64,000 nt of DNA from NCBI GenBank assembly GCA_036785375.1, contig JAWMAR010000309.1:1-64000 (forward strand). The letters run 5' to 3'. Positions 22,466 through 35,355 of the stretch are shown here, piece by piece. A program made the position numbers and the translations under genes. This stretch comes from Leucoraja ocellata. Lineage: Eukaryota. The notes beneath the pieces were generated by a model that saw only the letters and a program-made list of their open reading frames with translations, made no database searches and was not told the DNA's origin. Position 1 is the stretch's first letter; every line of letters starts with the position of its first letter.

Positions 22466-25400
22466 CAATTACTCTAAAGCAAATAATCCTCTTTTATCTT
22501 ATGTCGAAAATACCATAGAGATACTCAGTTCATCTTATCTTCATAGGCTGTGTTTATTTTTAATTATTAAAAGAATGTTTTATGGAATGTCTTAGGCTGC
22601 TGAATTAATGTGCATTAGGTAATGCAAAAACTGTGTTGCAATTAATGTGCAGTTGACTTACACAGCGATCCATCATGATGGTAATTTTAAGTTTATGTAA
22701 CATAACTGGCAAATATTCTCCCTGGCCCTGGATGTGTTTTTTTTTAAAAGATGAGGAATTTCTTTAGTCAGAGGCTGGTGAATCTGTGGAATTCATGCTG
22801 TGGAGGCCAAGTCAATGGATGTTTTTAAGATGGAGATTGACAGATTCTGGATTAGTAAGGGTGCCGGGGGGTTATGGGGAGAAGGCAGGAGAATGGGGTT
22901 GAGCGGAAAAGGAGGATCTGCCAAGTAGACTTGATGTGTAAGCAGGAACAGCAGATGCTGGTTTAAACTAAAGATAGACACAAAAAGCTGGAGTAACTCA
23001 GCGGGACAGGCAGCATCTCTGGAGGAAGGAATGGGTGACGTTTCGGATCGAGACCCTTCTTCAGATGGACCGAATGATGTAATTCTGCCCCTAGAATTTA
23101 TGAACTTGTCAGCCATGCCAAAGATAGCATTAAGATGGAACGAGTGAAGAGAAGACTTACGAGGGTGTTGCCAGGACTTGAGGGAAAGGCTGTACAGGCT
23201 CGGACTTTATTCCTTGGAGGGCAGAATAAAATCATGATGGGAATTGATAGGGCAAATGTAGAGTCTTCTTACCCAGGGTAGAGGAATCAAAAACCAGAGG
23301 ACACAGTGACACAGCCTGTAGAGCCGTAACCTCACAGCGCCAGAAACTGGTTCAATCCTAATCTCGGGTGTTGTCTGTGTGGAATTTGCTCATTGTCCCT
23401 GTGACTCTGTGGGTTTCCTTACGGTGCCTGAAGACACAAAGACGTGCAGGCTGGTATGTTAATTGGCCGTCTGTACGTTGCCTTCTAGAGTGCAGGGAGT
23501 GGATGAGAAAATCAGATAATGTAGAACTGGTGTGAACGGGTGATTGATGGTCGGCGTGGACTCGGTGGGCCGAAGGGCCTGTTTCCATCTATCTTGAAAC
23601 TAGATGGCATAGGTTTAATGTAAGAGGGACAAATTTTAATAGGTAGTTGAGGGGCAACGTTTTTACACAGAGGGTTGTGGGTATGTGGAAGGAGCAGCCA
23701 GAGGAGGTAGTTGAGGCAGGTACTATAATAACATTTAAAAGACTCCGATGCATGGATAGTAATGGTTTAGAGGGATATGGGCCAAATGAGGACTAACTTA
23801 GATTGTGTTAGAAACATAGAAAATAGGTGCAGGAATAGGCCATTCGGCCCTTCAAGCCTGCACCGCCATTCAATATGATCATGGCTGATCATCCAACTCA
23901 GTATCCCGTACCTGCCTTCTCTCCATACCCCCTGATTCCTTTAGCCACAAGGGCCACATCTAGCTCCCTCTTAAATATAGCAAGAGGGAGTTAGATGTTC
24001 TTGAATGAGTTGGGCAGAAGGGCTTGTTTCCCAGCTCTATGTCTCAATATTCTTGCTTTATGCTCATAAATCTTAAATCTATTCCCAACCATATGGTTAG
24101 ACAATCCACTCACCAGGCAGCAACTATCAATATAGTGAACCTATGAGGGAGTGGCAAGGTTGAGAGGGAGATCCTAGTAACATCATGCACAGAAACAGGC
24201 CCTTCAGGCCCTTCAATGCCTCTGCCGAGCATGATGCCAAGTTAAACTAATCTTCTTTGACTGTAACAAATCCAAATCCCTGCATATCCATGTGCCTATC
24301 TAAAAGTCTCTTAAACATCACTATCATATCTGCCTCCACCACCACCCCGGCATCATGTTCCAAACACCCACCAGCCTCTGTACAAAAATAAACTTGCCCG
24401 GTACTTCTCCTTTAAACCTTGCCTCTCTCACCTTAAAGCTATGCCTGCTAGACTTTGGTATTTCTACCCAGAGGAAGACGGTTCTGATTGTCCACCCTAT
24501 CTAAGTCTCGCATAATTTTATATACTCATGGGCAAAGTGTTAAAAATCAATTGAAGGAATTGTATTGCTTAATTTTTGTTTTAAATAACATTTTTGCATC
24601 TTTTTCGCTGAAAGCAAATGATCTTGTGTGATATTTTAAAATGAAGAACTTTTACTTTGGCTACTAAAAGAAATCTGTGGGATTCGGATTGGTTTGGGGA
24701 GAGCTTTATCTGAATCTGAATGATTCCAATAACGCCCATCTTGTAAATTGTGGACACAAATGATTGCAATGAAGAAAGATGTTGTCTTCCCATCTGGTGA
24801 AAACAAGACAAGAGACTGCCCCTTGAGAATTAGTGGCTATTTTGGTGTAGGTATGCAATTATCGTGTGTACCTAGATACAGTGAAAAGCTTTTGTTTGCG
24901 TGCAAGGGTGGCACAATGGCACAGCTGGTAGAGCTGCCACCTCACAGCGCCAATGACCCGGGTTCGATCTTGACCTCCGACGCTACTGGTGTGGAGTTTG
25001 CACGTTGTCCCTGTCACCATGTGAGTTTCCTCCGGGGGCTCCAGTTTCCACCCACATCCCAAAGACGTGCGGGTTTTTAGGTTAATTGGCCGTCTATAAA
25101 TTGCTGCTAACTTTGTGTCTTTTTTTTGATAACCAGCATCTGCAGTTCCTTGCTTCTACTTTTCACTGTACCTTGGTACATGTGCCTATAATAAACCTAA
25201 CATATCGAGTGTGGAGAGTGGACAGGAAAGTGGGATAACATAGAACTAGTGCGAACATGTGATTGACGGTCAACATGGAATCGGTGGGCCGAAGGGCCTG
25301 TTTCCATGCTGTGTCATTCACTCATTAATTTATTAATTTTGAATTATTGATAAAAAATTTTTTATTGTATGTTATGTATGTGTATCATGTTTACAGCCCT

Positions 25401-27336
25401 GTTAAGCTGCAGCAAGTAAGAATTTCATTGTTCTGTTGTCGGTACATATGACGATTAAAACATTCTTGACTTGACTTCAAATCAAATTGTACTATGCATG
25501 AGTACAATCAAGCTACGTACAAATACAACAGGCAAAGCAAAGAGAAAAATACCAGAGTGCAGAATATAGTGTTACAGTGATGTAGCGTTACTGTTATAGA
25601 GGAAAAGTCCAAGGTCCGCAAAGGGATAAGTTGGTATTGATTTATTATTGTCACGTATGCTGAGATACACTGAAAAGCTTTGTTTGCATGCTGACCGATT
25701 AAATCTACATGGGTACAATCAAACCATACACAAGTACACAGAGAACGCAAGGAGCAAAGTACCAAAATATAGAGCAAAACACAAAATGTCGGAGGAACTC
25801 CAAGGTCACGTCATAGGAGCAGAATTAGGTAATTCAGCCCATCGAGTTTGAATCTAGTCCACAGATCATCTGTGGAGGGAATGGGTAGGCAACATTTTAG
25901 GGCTAGTTTACTTTAGTTTGGAGATAAAGCACGGAAACAGGCTCGTTGGCCCACCAAGGCTGCGCCAACCAGCGATCCCCGCACACTTACACTATCCTAC
26001 ACACACTAAAGGACAATTTACAATTATACCAAGCCAATTAGCCTACAAACATGTAAGTTGTTAGAGTGTGGGAGGATACTGGAAAAAACCCACACAGTTC
26101 ACGGGGAGAATGTACAAACTCGGTACAGACAGCACCCATAATCAGGATCTAACCCGTCTTTGGCGCTTCTGCTGCACCACTGTGCCACCCTTCTTCCATG
26201 CAGAGTATAGTTTTGCAGGATGGAAGATTTGCAGAATTAATTTGGCCCCTCGCCTCCACATCCCCCCCCCCCCCCACCACCATTTAGTACGATCATGGCT
26301 AATCAATTTGCAACCTAATTTCCACATTCCCATCTACCCTTGTAATCTCACTGCCCTTTGCTTATCTCAAATCTATCACTGCCTTAAAAATAGTCAAAGG
26401 CACTAAGGTAGAACGGTGTGGATGGGAAAGGCTCACAGGGATATGTTTAGTTTAGTTTATTGTCGCATGAGGAATATGGATTCAGTCATGCTCGACCAGC
26501 TCAATTGTAATGTATTGTCTTTCCACTGACTGGTTAGCACGCAACAAAAGCTTTTCACTGTACCTCGGTACACGTGACAATAAACTAAACTAAACAAAAC
26601 ATTGTGGCTGAAGGGCCTGTTCTTGTGCTGTATTGTTTCGTGTTCTATTAACAGTGAATATTAAAAGAGTATTTACTGTTAAACATGTTTGCAGACTTAT
26701 GTTTGTGCTGATCTATGTTTAGGAAAACCTTAAAGGGAAATGGGTCGAATGTGGGCAAATGGGATTCGCTTAGATGGGGCATCTTGGTCGGCGTGGACAA
26801 GTTGGGCCTGTTTCCGTGCTGTATCTCTAAACAATACTAAGTTAAAATAACACAAATAAAGATTGCTAGAGTAACTCTGTGGGGTCAGGAAGCATCCCTG
26901 GAGAAAATGATGGGCGACGCTTCGGGTCTGGACCCTTCTTCAGACTACAAAAGGAATACTTGTGGGCTCACCAGTGTTCGATATAACTGAAGCATTGCCT
27001 TCGTACTTTTGTATTCACCTCCTCAAGCCATAAACATAACATGTTGCCTTTCCTAATTAGTGCTGTAATGGCTTTTCTAATTACCTGCAAACGAGCCTTT
27101 TGCAAATCGTGTACTATGAAACACAGATCTCGCAAATCTCAGCCGTTTCTCATCATTTAGCTCATCATGCTTCTCACCCAGAGTAGGGAAATCACGAAAC
27201 AGAGGTCACATGTTTAAGGTGAGAGGGGCAAAATATAAAAGGAAAGTGAGACGCAACCTCTTCACTCAGAGGATGGCAGGTAAATGGAATGAGCTGCCAG
27301 AGGAGGTAGTTGAGGGAAGTACTATAATTATATCTA

Positions 27337-27760
27337 TCTATATCTTATAACTATTAAATGTCTGATCTTGGATGTGTGTGTGTGTGTGTGTGATCATACT
27401 GCTCGAAAAAAGCGATGCTCTGACGGTAACATTTTTACTAATTCATGTAGCGTTTTATCCCGTGAAGTCAAAAATTGGCTTGGCTGAAAATTTTGAGCTT
27501 TATTTCTTTAGTTATTTATGAAAATGTTAAAAAATGTCAAATATCTTGAGCTGATGATGTCACCATGGGTCTGCTCACGCCGCCTGCTGCGCACTGTTTT
27601 ACACGCGCTGTGAGTTGCGTTCCCCCCCCCCCCCCCGACTCGCAGCGATTTAGTTGCCGCTCGACGTCGACTCCCACTCGGCCGCCCCGCCCTGCCCGCA
27701 GCCCAGCCGCCAAGTCGGGCCCTGCCCTAGGTATCTCTCTCTCTCTCTCTCACACACAAT
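27337..27760 (+). mobile_element. Truncated non-autonomous repeat with Helitron-like 5' end
   Basis: Start TCTTATA...CTGATCTTGGATGTGTGT is shared with the reverse copy ending at 49262, and both pass into a GC-rich tract with microsatellites. The class assignment is tentative. Confidence 0.4.
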
Positions 27761-28109
27761 GTCTGTTCCGAACATGAAGCAAAGACTATCACGTATCTAC
27801 CTGCACATAACCAATATCCCTCCATTCCCTGCATATCCATGTGCCTCTCTAAAGCCCTCGTAAACACCACTATCCTATTTACCTCCACTGCCACCCCTGG
27901 CAGCGGGTTCCAGGCACTCGCAACGTCCTGTGTAAAAGAGAAATGTCCCTGCACATCTGCTTTCAACTTTGTCCTTCTCACATGAAAGCAATGTCCTCTA
28001 GTAAATATGGTTTGCAAGATAAAACTCAGGTTTACACGTGACTGTAATAATTTAAATATAAAATTGATATTATTTGACGGATCATCTCTAATAAATTATT
28101 ACAGATTTA

Positions 28110-28410
28110 GGGCAGCACAGTGGCGCAGCAGCTAGAACCACTGCCTCACAGCGCCAGAGATCCAGGTGAAGATCCTGACCTTGAGTGCTGTCTGTGTGGA
28201 GTTTGTATGTTCTCCCTGTGACCACGTGGGTCTCCTCCAGGTGCTCCAGTTTCCTCCCACACCACAAAGATGTGTGGATTTGTGGGTTAATTGGCTGTCT
28301 GGAAATTGCCCCTCGTGTGTAGGGAGTGAATGAGATAATGGGATAACATAGAACTAGTGTGAATGATGGTTTGTGTGGATTCAGTGGGCATGTATCTCTG
28401 AAACTAAAAA
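28110..28410 (+). mobile_element. HE1-like V-SINE
   Basis: ggcagcacagtggcgcagc head and V-domain. Confidence 0.85.
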
Positions 28411-29060
28411 ACACATTTTACAAAAATTTGAGCTTGAAAAATGTTTACAGTGTAACATCAAAAATATTCACCTCGGCCTCGTTGTTTTGCTTGTTATAGT
28501 GTTAAAAACCAGAGTGCAAACCCAACACTTGTACAAATTCCAGTGGGCAGCTTCACGTTGATGTAATACAGAGGTTCATTGGAGCAAGATGGCTCATTTG
28601 CATCTTTTATTTTTAAGCAGACCATCTGTTCGAAGTTGGCATGAATTAAGTCAAAGCACTGGCATATCCAAATGTAACACTGTGAACCCAGTCAAAGCTT
28701 GAAGCTGAATAGCCAGGCCTTGGGGATAAGGACTATCACTGCTCAAAACCTGAGCTGGGAGCCAAAAGCCAATTAAAAAATCCTGCTGCCACCTTCCCTC
28801 AGCGGTACGCAGAGGTGGGGAGCTTGGGTGTCGGGAATATTTGTGGGGTGGGTGAATTCAATAAGAGATGCTGCCTGACCTGCTGAGTTACTCCAGCACT
28901 TTATGTTTATCTTTGGTTGAAACCATCGTCTGCAGTTCCTTTGTTTCTACATATAGGTTGGTGTAATGTAAAGGTTAAAACAGGCTTGCCAGCGAAAATT
29001 GAGTTGTCTTCTAACAGTCCTTATGTGAACAGGTACATGAATAGGATAGGTTTAGATGGA

Positions 29061-29515
29061 AGGTTACACAAAAAAGCTGGAGAAACTCAGCGGGTGCAGC
29101 AGCATCTATGGAGCGAAGGAAATAGGCAACGTTTCGGGCCGAAACCCTTCTTCAGACTGATCGGGGGCGGGGGTGGGTGGGGACAAGAAAGGGAAAAGGA
29201 GGAGTAGCCAGAAGGCTGGGGGATGGGAGGAGACAGCAGGGGGGCTGAGGAAGGGGAGGAGACAGCAAGGACTAACAAAATTGGGAGAATTCGATGTTCA
29301 TGCCCCCGGGGTGCAGACTCCCCAAACGGAATATGAGGTGCTGTTCCTCCAATTTCCGGTGCTGCTCGCTGTGGCCATGGAGGAGACCCAGGACAGAGAG
29401 GTCGGAGGCGGAGTGGGAGGGGGAGTTGAAGTGCTGAGCCACCGGGAGGTCAGCTTGGTTATTGCGGACCGAGCGGAGGTGTTCGGCGAAACGATCGCCC
29501 AACCTCCGCTTGGTC
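29061..29515 (-). mobile_element. Penelope-like element 3' end (GIY-YIG C-terminus + terminal repeat) with 14-bp TSD
   Basis: LGDRFAEHLRSVRNNQADLPVAQHFNSPSHS...RKLEEQHLIFRLGSLHPGGMNIEFS. TAGGTTTAGATGGA is duplicated at 29047-29060 and 29516-29529. Confidence 0.9.
29128..29155 (-). ncRNA. Hammerhead-like core in PLE terminal repeat
   Basis: Reverse complement is CTGAAGA A GGGT TTCG GCCC GAAAC GTT: stem II with a UUCG loop and palindromic AACGTT. Confidence 0.55.
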
Positions 29516-31429
29516 TAGGTTTAGATGGATATGGGCCAAATACACACAGGTGGGTCTAGTGTAGGTTGACTAATGATATGGGACAAAATCGGGCAAATGG
29601 GAGTAACTTTGATGGAGCATGTTGGTCAGCATGTGCAAGTTGGGATGAAGGGCCTGTTGCCATGCTGTACGACTCGATAAACGGTACACTCTACATTAAA
29701 CTTAATTTTAAACGATGTTCAACATTTGTAACCTTGCATAAATTAGCCAGCGTTGAAGATCTGCCAATTGCCTGCAGGCTGTGAGCAAATTATGAAAAGG
29801 ATTCTTCTTTGAATAACATTCAATGGCAAGCTCGCTGCTCGTTTGTACAGATATCCCTAGAAGAATGGGAAAGCCCAGACCATCACACAAACCAATCTCC
29901 CTTCCATTGACACCATCTACACCTCACGCTGCCTCGGCAAGGCCAGCAGCATAACCAAGGACGAACCACAATCCAGTCACTCCCTCTTCTCTGAAAGAGA
30001 ATGCTACTTCTTCTTCTGCTGTGAAAACTCACACCTTTGCATTCAGCGACAGTTTCTTCCCAGCTGCTATCAGGCAACTGAACCATCTTATCAACAATTT
30101 AGAGTGGTGCTGAGCTACTATCCACCTCACTGGAGACCCTCAGGCTATCTTTGATCGGACTTTACTAGATTCTATCGCACTAAACATTATTTGTGTTATC
30201 CCCTTTATTCATGTATCTGTACACTGTGGATGGCTCGATTGTAATTGTGTACCTCTGTATTGTCACCTCACAATAAATTAAACTCTACAATAGTCAAAAG
30301 CCCCGAGCAATATCACCAAGCTGATTGTCACTTGTGCTGACAGGCGGAGTAGTGACTGTGCTCTTTGTTGGTCTGTTCCCCGACCTACAAGCATTGCATC
30401 TACAGCGTCACCACTGTATGTAATGGGCACGTGCCTGACACACCTGGTCTCCCTCGAGGGTGAGAAGTTCCATTCTCCAAGCAAGTAATTCCAGTCCGTC
30501 AAATTTCCAGAGCAAATCCTGAATGCTTCCAGCACGTTAAAGGCCCATTTATTTTAATGCCCAATTGCTGCTAAAACGTCTCCACTTCTGTTTTTGATGA
30601 AGGGCCCTGACCTGAAACATCGCCTATCAGGCGGCACAGTGATGCCGTGATAGAATTGCTGCCTCATAACCAAAGACACTAGGCTCATACCACCACAGAC
30701 CCGGGTTCGTCCACAGACTACGCATGCTGTCTGCACGGAGTTGTTACATTCTCCCTGTGACCGCGTGGGTTTTCTCCGCGTGCTCCGGTTTCCTCCCACA
30801 TCTCAAAGACCTGTGGGTTTACAGGTTAATTGGCTTCTGTAAATTGCCCCTAGTATTTAGGGAGTGAATGTGAAAACGGGATAATGTAGAACTAGTGTGA
30901 GTGGGCGATCGATGGTCAGCACAGACTCGGTGAGCCGAAGAGCCAGTTTCCAGACGGCATCTCTAAAGCTAATCCTAATATTATCCATGTTCTCCAGGGA
31001 TGCTGCCTGACCCCCTGAGTTACTCCAGCACTTTGTGTCTTTTTTGGTATAAACCAGCTTCTGGGGTTTCTTGTGACTCCACTTTGGTTTATATCCATCT
31101 ACATCTTCCACCAATATTCCTTCCTCTGTCTATGCAATTCACTCCTTCTTCTCTCGTTTGCCCTTTTATCTCCTTTTCACCTCCAGCCTTTGTCACTCGC
31201 TCCACCCATCTGCCAATCAACCCCCCCCTCCCCCTCCCCAGTAACCATTTATCACTTGCCAGGGTTTGTCCCACCCCCACTGTGATTACTCTTCCAGCTT
31301 TGTTTTCCAATCCCCCTCATCCACCCTACGATCAGTCTGAAGAAGGGCTGACCTGAACCGTCACCTATCCATGTTATCCAGAGGTGTTACCAGGCCCGAT
31401 GAGTCAAAGGCTTTGGTGGACCGAGCCAA

Positions 31430-31620
31430 AAGGTCACCAAGTCTACGTTTGGTCTTGCCAATGTACAGGAAGCCATATCGGGATCACCGCTCAGTCTGCC
31501 ACGTCGCACTCGGTCCACCAAGATTTGCTAGATCTCCCGGTTGCCAACCCTTTCAACTCCCCTTCATATTCACACACTGAACTTCCTGTCCCGAGCCTCC
31601 TCCATTGCCTCGGGCTGAAA
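31430..31620 (+). mobile_element. Decayed Penelope GIY-YIG remnant
   Basis: HSVHQDLLDLPVANPFNSPSYSHTELPVPSLLHC resembles the 29272-29502 peptide. Confidence 0.6.
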
Positions 31621-32864
31621 GGTCAGTGAGGGAGTGGGAAGAGGAGTCAGTCAGCAACCGGGAGATCCAGCAGGCCTCGGCAAACCACGGCTCGTGACAC
31701 TATTGAATGTAAAGACACTGAGAACGTGTGAAGGGTTTTTGCACAGTTTTTGTCTTGTATATATTTTTTATTCTGCACAAAGTACATTTTTGGAAGATAT
31801 ACCAGTCCGACAGAAAACAACTAGGCCACAGATATAGAGATACAAGCAACTATAGAAACACCAGGACAGGCAGCATCTCTGGAGAAAATGGATGGGTGAC
31901 TTTCCAGGTCAAGACCCTTCTTCAGACTGATTCAAAAATACTCTGCCTCACCATTATGCCCACATATACCATCAAACTGGTAGTAGGTTGCAATTTCCAC
32001 CCAGTATTTAAATTCTAGAGTTTATAATCTATTTTTCAATTTTTTTCCCCTTTTTACTGCTATTATGGATCTTAATGAAACTTTCCAAAGAAAGGGAGCA
32101 GCATGGTGGCAGAGCGGTAGTGTTGCTGCCTTACAGCACCAGAAACCCTGGGTTCAATCCTGACGGCGGGTGCTGGCTTTATGGAGTTTGTATGTTCTCT
32201 CTGTTTTCTTTCCTTCCACACTCCAAAGCCGTGCAGGTTTGTAGATGAATTGTAATTGTCCCTAGTGTGTAGGATAATGCTGGTGTACGGGGTGACCGAT
32301 GGATGGTGTGGCTTGGTGGGCCCGTTTTTACACTGTATCTATAAAGTATAAAGAAAGAAACAGATTTAATAGAGAATCTGAGTTGGAAACAGAAAATACA
32401 GCAAAGTAGGAGATCTGGGGGAGAGGAATGAAGATGATTTGCTAATGTATTGAGACCGAGATCCTTTCAATGTCGGGCTGAGAGTAATCAAGCAAGCTGC
32501 TACATTAAGCAAAGCAGACGGGAAAGAGAGAGAGCCAACAGATGCTGCACAATATGTGGGTGGAAGCAAGCATAAACTGATTAATCGGGAGCTGGGAGTT
32601 GATTAAAAATATTGTTTTTGTGCTAGCAGATGAGTAGAACAGTACAGCACAGGAACAGGCCCTTCGACCCACAATGTCCATGCTGAACATGATGCCAAAT
32701 AAAATTAATCTCCCCTATCTGAGGGGTCCCAACCTGAAACATTACCTATGCATGTTTTTCAGTCTAAAGACGGGTTCAAACATAAAATGTCACCCATCTT
32801 TTTCTCCAGAGATGATGCCTGACCTGCTGAGTTACTCCAGCACTTGTGTCTTTTTTTTTTGGTG

Positions 32865-33179
32865 GTGAGGCTGGTGAAGCTGCTGCCTCACAGCGCCAGA
32901 GGCCCAGGTTCGATCGTGACCTCGGGTGCTGTCTGTGTGTGGAGTTTGCACGTTCTCCCTGTGACCGTGTGGGTTTGCTCCGGGTGCTACGGTTTCCTCC
33001 CACATCACGAAGATGCGCGGGTTTGTTGGTTAATTGACCTTCTGTAAATTGCCCCCTAGTGTGCAGGGTGCGGATGAGGAAGTGGGATAACTTAGTACTA
33101 ATGTGAACGGGTGATTTATGGTCGACGTGGATTTGGTGGGTTGTAGGGCCTGTTGCCATGTTGTATCTCTAAACAAAAC
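32865..33179 (+). mobile_element. HE1-like V-SINE
   Basis: B-box ggttcgatc, V-domain and tail. Confidence 0.85.
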
Positions 33180-33181
33180 TA

Positions 33182-33829
33182 CTGTATATATATCCCAGCA
33201 ATAAATACGCAATTTTTTACCCTAAAATAAGGCTAAAAAATGTACCTGCAGGGGAGGGGTAAGAGTTCCTTCCACAGCGTGTGGGGAGTCTGGCCCGGGT
33301 CAGCACGGCTAGGCCACCAGGGATAAAGTTGCAGGGAGGGCAGGAGCGTTGAGAAAGAGGGGGTCGGGGATCATGCCAGCAACTCACTCAGTAGCTCGGG
33401 TGGCTGCGAGCAGCCGCCGGGACCGGACAGCGGAACCGGTCGCCACCTCAGCGCCTTTTGCCAGCCGGCAGCCAGCAACGGTGTCCTTCGACACAGGCGC
33501 AACTGGTGGAGGTGGTGGTGGTTGGCAGGTAGCTACTAGGCGGAAGTCTGGCTTCCTCGTCCCTGGCTCTTTCTCTCTCTCTCCCCGTTATGTGATCTCC
33601 CTGAGCCAGGAAGTCCCCGTCCCTCAGACGTGAACCGCACAGTGCATTGTGGGGCAGGCGAAGATGGAGGCTCCCCGGTTATTGCCTCCATGAAGGCGTC
33701 TCACATCTTCCTTTCTACTGACTAAACCAAACCTTTGATCCTAGCCCGCCAGCCTTTTATAAAAATTTATTAACTCAAAATGGGGGTGCGTCTTCAACGC
33801 AGGTGCGTCTTCATTGCTGGGAGATACGG
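33182..33829. mobile_element. Non-autonomous Tc1/mariner (Tc2/pogo-like) element
   Basis: Imperfect TIRs CTGTAT..TCCCAGCAATAAATACGCA / TGCGTCTTCATTGCTGGGAGATACGG, with TA on both flanks (33180-33181 and 33830-33831). Confidence 0.7.
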
Positions 33830-33949
33830 TATATTAGATAGACACAGTGTGTAGAAAGGAACTGCAGATGCTGGTTTATGTGGTGTAGATAGACACAAAG
33901 TGCTGGAATAACTCACTGGAATAACTCACTTTTTACAGTTACAGAGAAA

Positions 33950-34385
33950 GGTTGATCAAGTTAGGGCTTTATTCTTTGGAGCGCAGAAGGTTAAGGGGGG
34001 ACTTGATAGAGGTTTTTTAAATGATGAGAGGGATAGACAGAGTTGACGTGGAAAAGCTTTTCCCACTGAGAGTAGGGAAGATTCAAACAAGGGGACATGA
34101 CATGAGAATTAAGGGACTGAAGTTTAGGGGTAACATGAGGGGGAACTTCTTTACTCAGAGAGTGGTAGCTGTGTGGAATGAGCTTCCAGTGAAGGTGGTG
34201 GAGGCAGGTTTGTTTTTATCATTTAAAAATAAATTGGATAGTTATATGGATGGGAAGGGAATGGAGGGTTATGGTCTGAGCGCAGGTATATGGGACTAGG
34301 GGAGATTATGTGTTCGGCACAGACTAGAAGGGTCGAGATGGCCTGTTTCCGTGCTGTAATTGTTATATGGTTATATGGTTATAAC
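33950..34385 (+). mobile_element. CR1-type LINE 3' fragment, (ATATGGTT)n tail subfamily
   Basis: MMRGIDRVDVEKLFPL..TRGH..FFTQRVVAVWNELPVKVVEAG, with tail ttatatggttatatggtt. Confidence 0.9.
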
Positions 34386-34671
34386 TCAGTGGGTCAGGCA
34401 CCATCTCTGGAGAAAAATATGGGTGACGTTTTGTGTTTGAACTCTTTGGACTGAAAGTAGAGGGGAGAGAAAAGGCCAGAACAAGTCCTTAATTTGCCTT
34501 TGTAAATCACCCCTAGGGTGTAGGAGTGGATGAGAAAGTGGGATGACATAGAACTAATGTTAACGGGTAATTGCTGGTCGGCTTGGAGCCGATGGGCTGA
34601 AGAGCCTGTTTCCATGCTGTATCTCCAAACAAAACTAAACTAATGTCTTTATCTAACTTCATATTTAACAG

Positions 34672-35049
34672 GTTTGTGCAGAGCTCAAAGGCAGGTGCAG
34701 ATGCAGGAAGGACCCCTGATCAGATCGGAAGGATACCACACAACCATTTGGTGCAACGTATCTGGGTATTCCGGAACTACGGAGCAGAACTTTGAGTGGT
34801 CGATCTACCTGCCTTCTGCCCCGACCCGACAAATCCAGATCATCAGCACCAACGACCCTGGCTATCCCTACACGATGTACGGGGACAGGGTGCAGAATAA
34901 GGAGGTGTACGTGGAGAGGATTGACCGTGACTCGGCCCAGTTGCACATTACCAACCTCAAGCTGGGAGATGCCGGGGAATATGAATGCCACACTCCCAAC
35001 ACCGAATCCACCTACTGGGGATCGTACAATGCCAAGGGGAATCTGACAG
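34672..35049 (+). CDS. IGSF3: Internal exon encoding Ig V-type domain 1 of immunoglobulin superfamily member 3 (EWI family)
   Basis: Translation (G)LCRAQRQVQMQEGPLIRSEGYHTTIWCNVSGYSG...WSIYLPSAP...DAGEYECHTPNT...GSYNAKGNLT closely resembles my recollection of IGSF3 domain 1 (QRQVTVQEGPLYRTEG..IWCNVSGY..WSIYLP..DAGEYECHTP). Acceptor TTTAACAG|G, donor CAG|GTACGT, length 378 nt, phase 1-1. Paralogs CD101/IGSF8/PTGFRN fit less well but need phylogeny to exclude. Confidence 0.92.
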
Positions 35050-35355
35050 GTACGTGACTCTTGACTTCACATTGCTAGCTATTGTTAATGCCACACAAAC
35101 TTGTCTGGATTGGCACAGCGGCAGAGCAGGTGGAGCTGCTGCCTCCAAGCTCCAGGCCACATCACTTTAGACACAAGGTGCTGGTGTAATTCAAGGGGTT
35201 CGGCAGCATCTCTGGAGAACATGGATTAGTGATGTTTTGGGTCGGGACCTATATCTTTTCTCCAGGGCTGCTGCCTGACCCGCTAAGTTACTCCAGCACT
35301 TTGTGTCTATCTTCAGTGTGAACCAGCATCTGCAGTTCCTTCTTCCATGGACTTT

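Noticed and set aside
24615-24850. Possible phase-1 leader exon (AG at 24614, ATG 24769, GTAG|GTATGC donor)
   Set aside because: The peptide MKKDVVFPSGENKTRDCPLRISGYFGV has no hydrophobic signal core. It is not excluded as a UTR or cryptic exon, but is unsupported.
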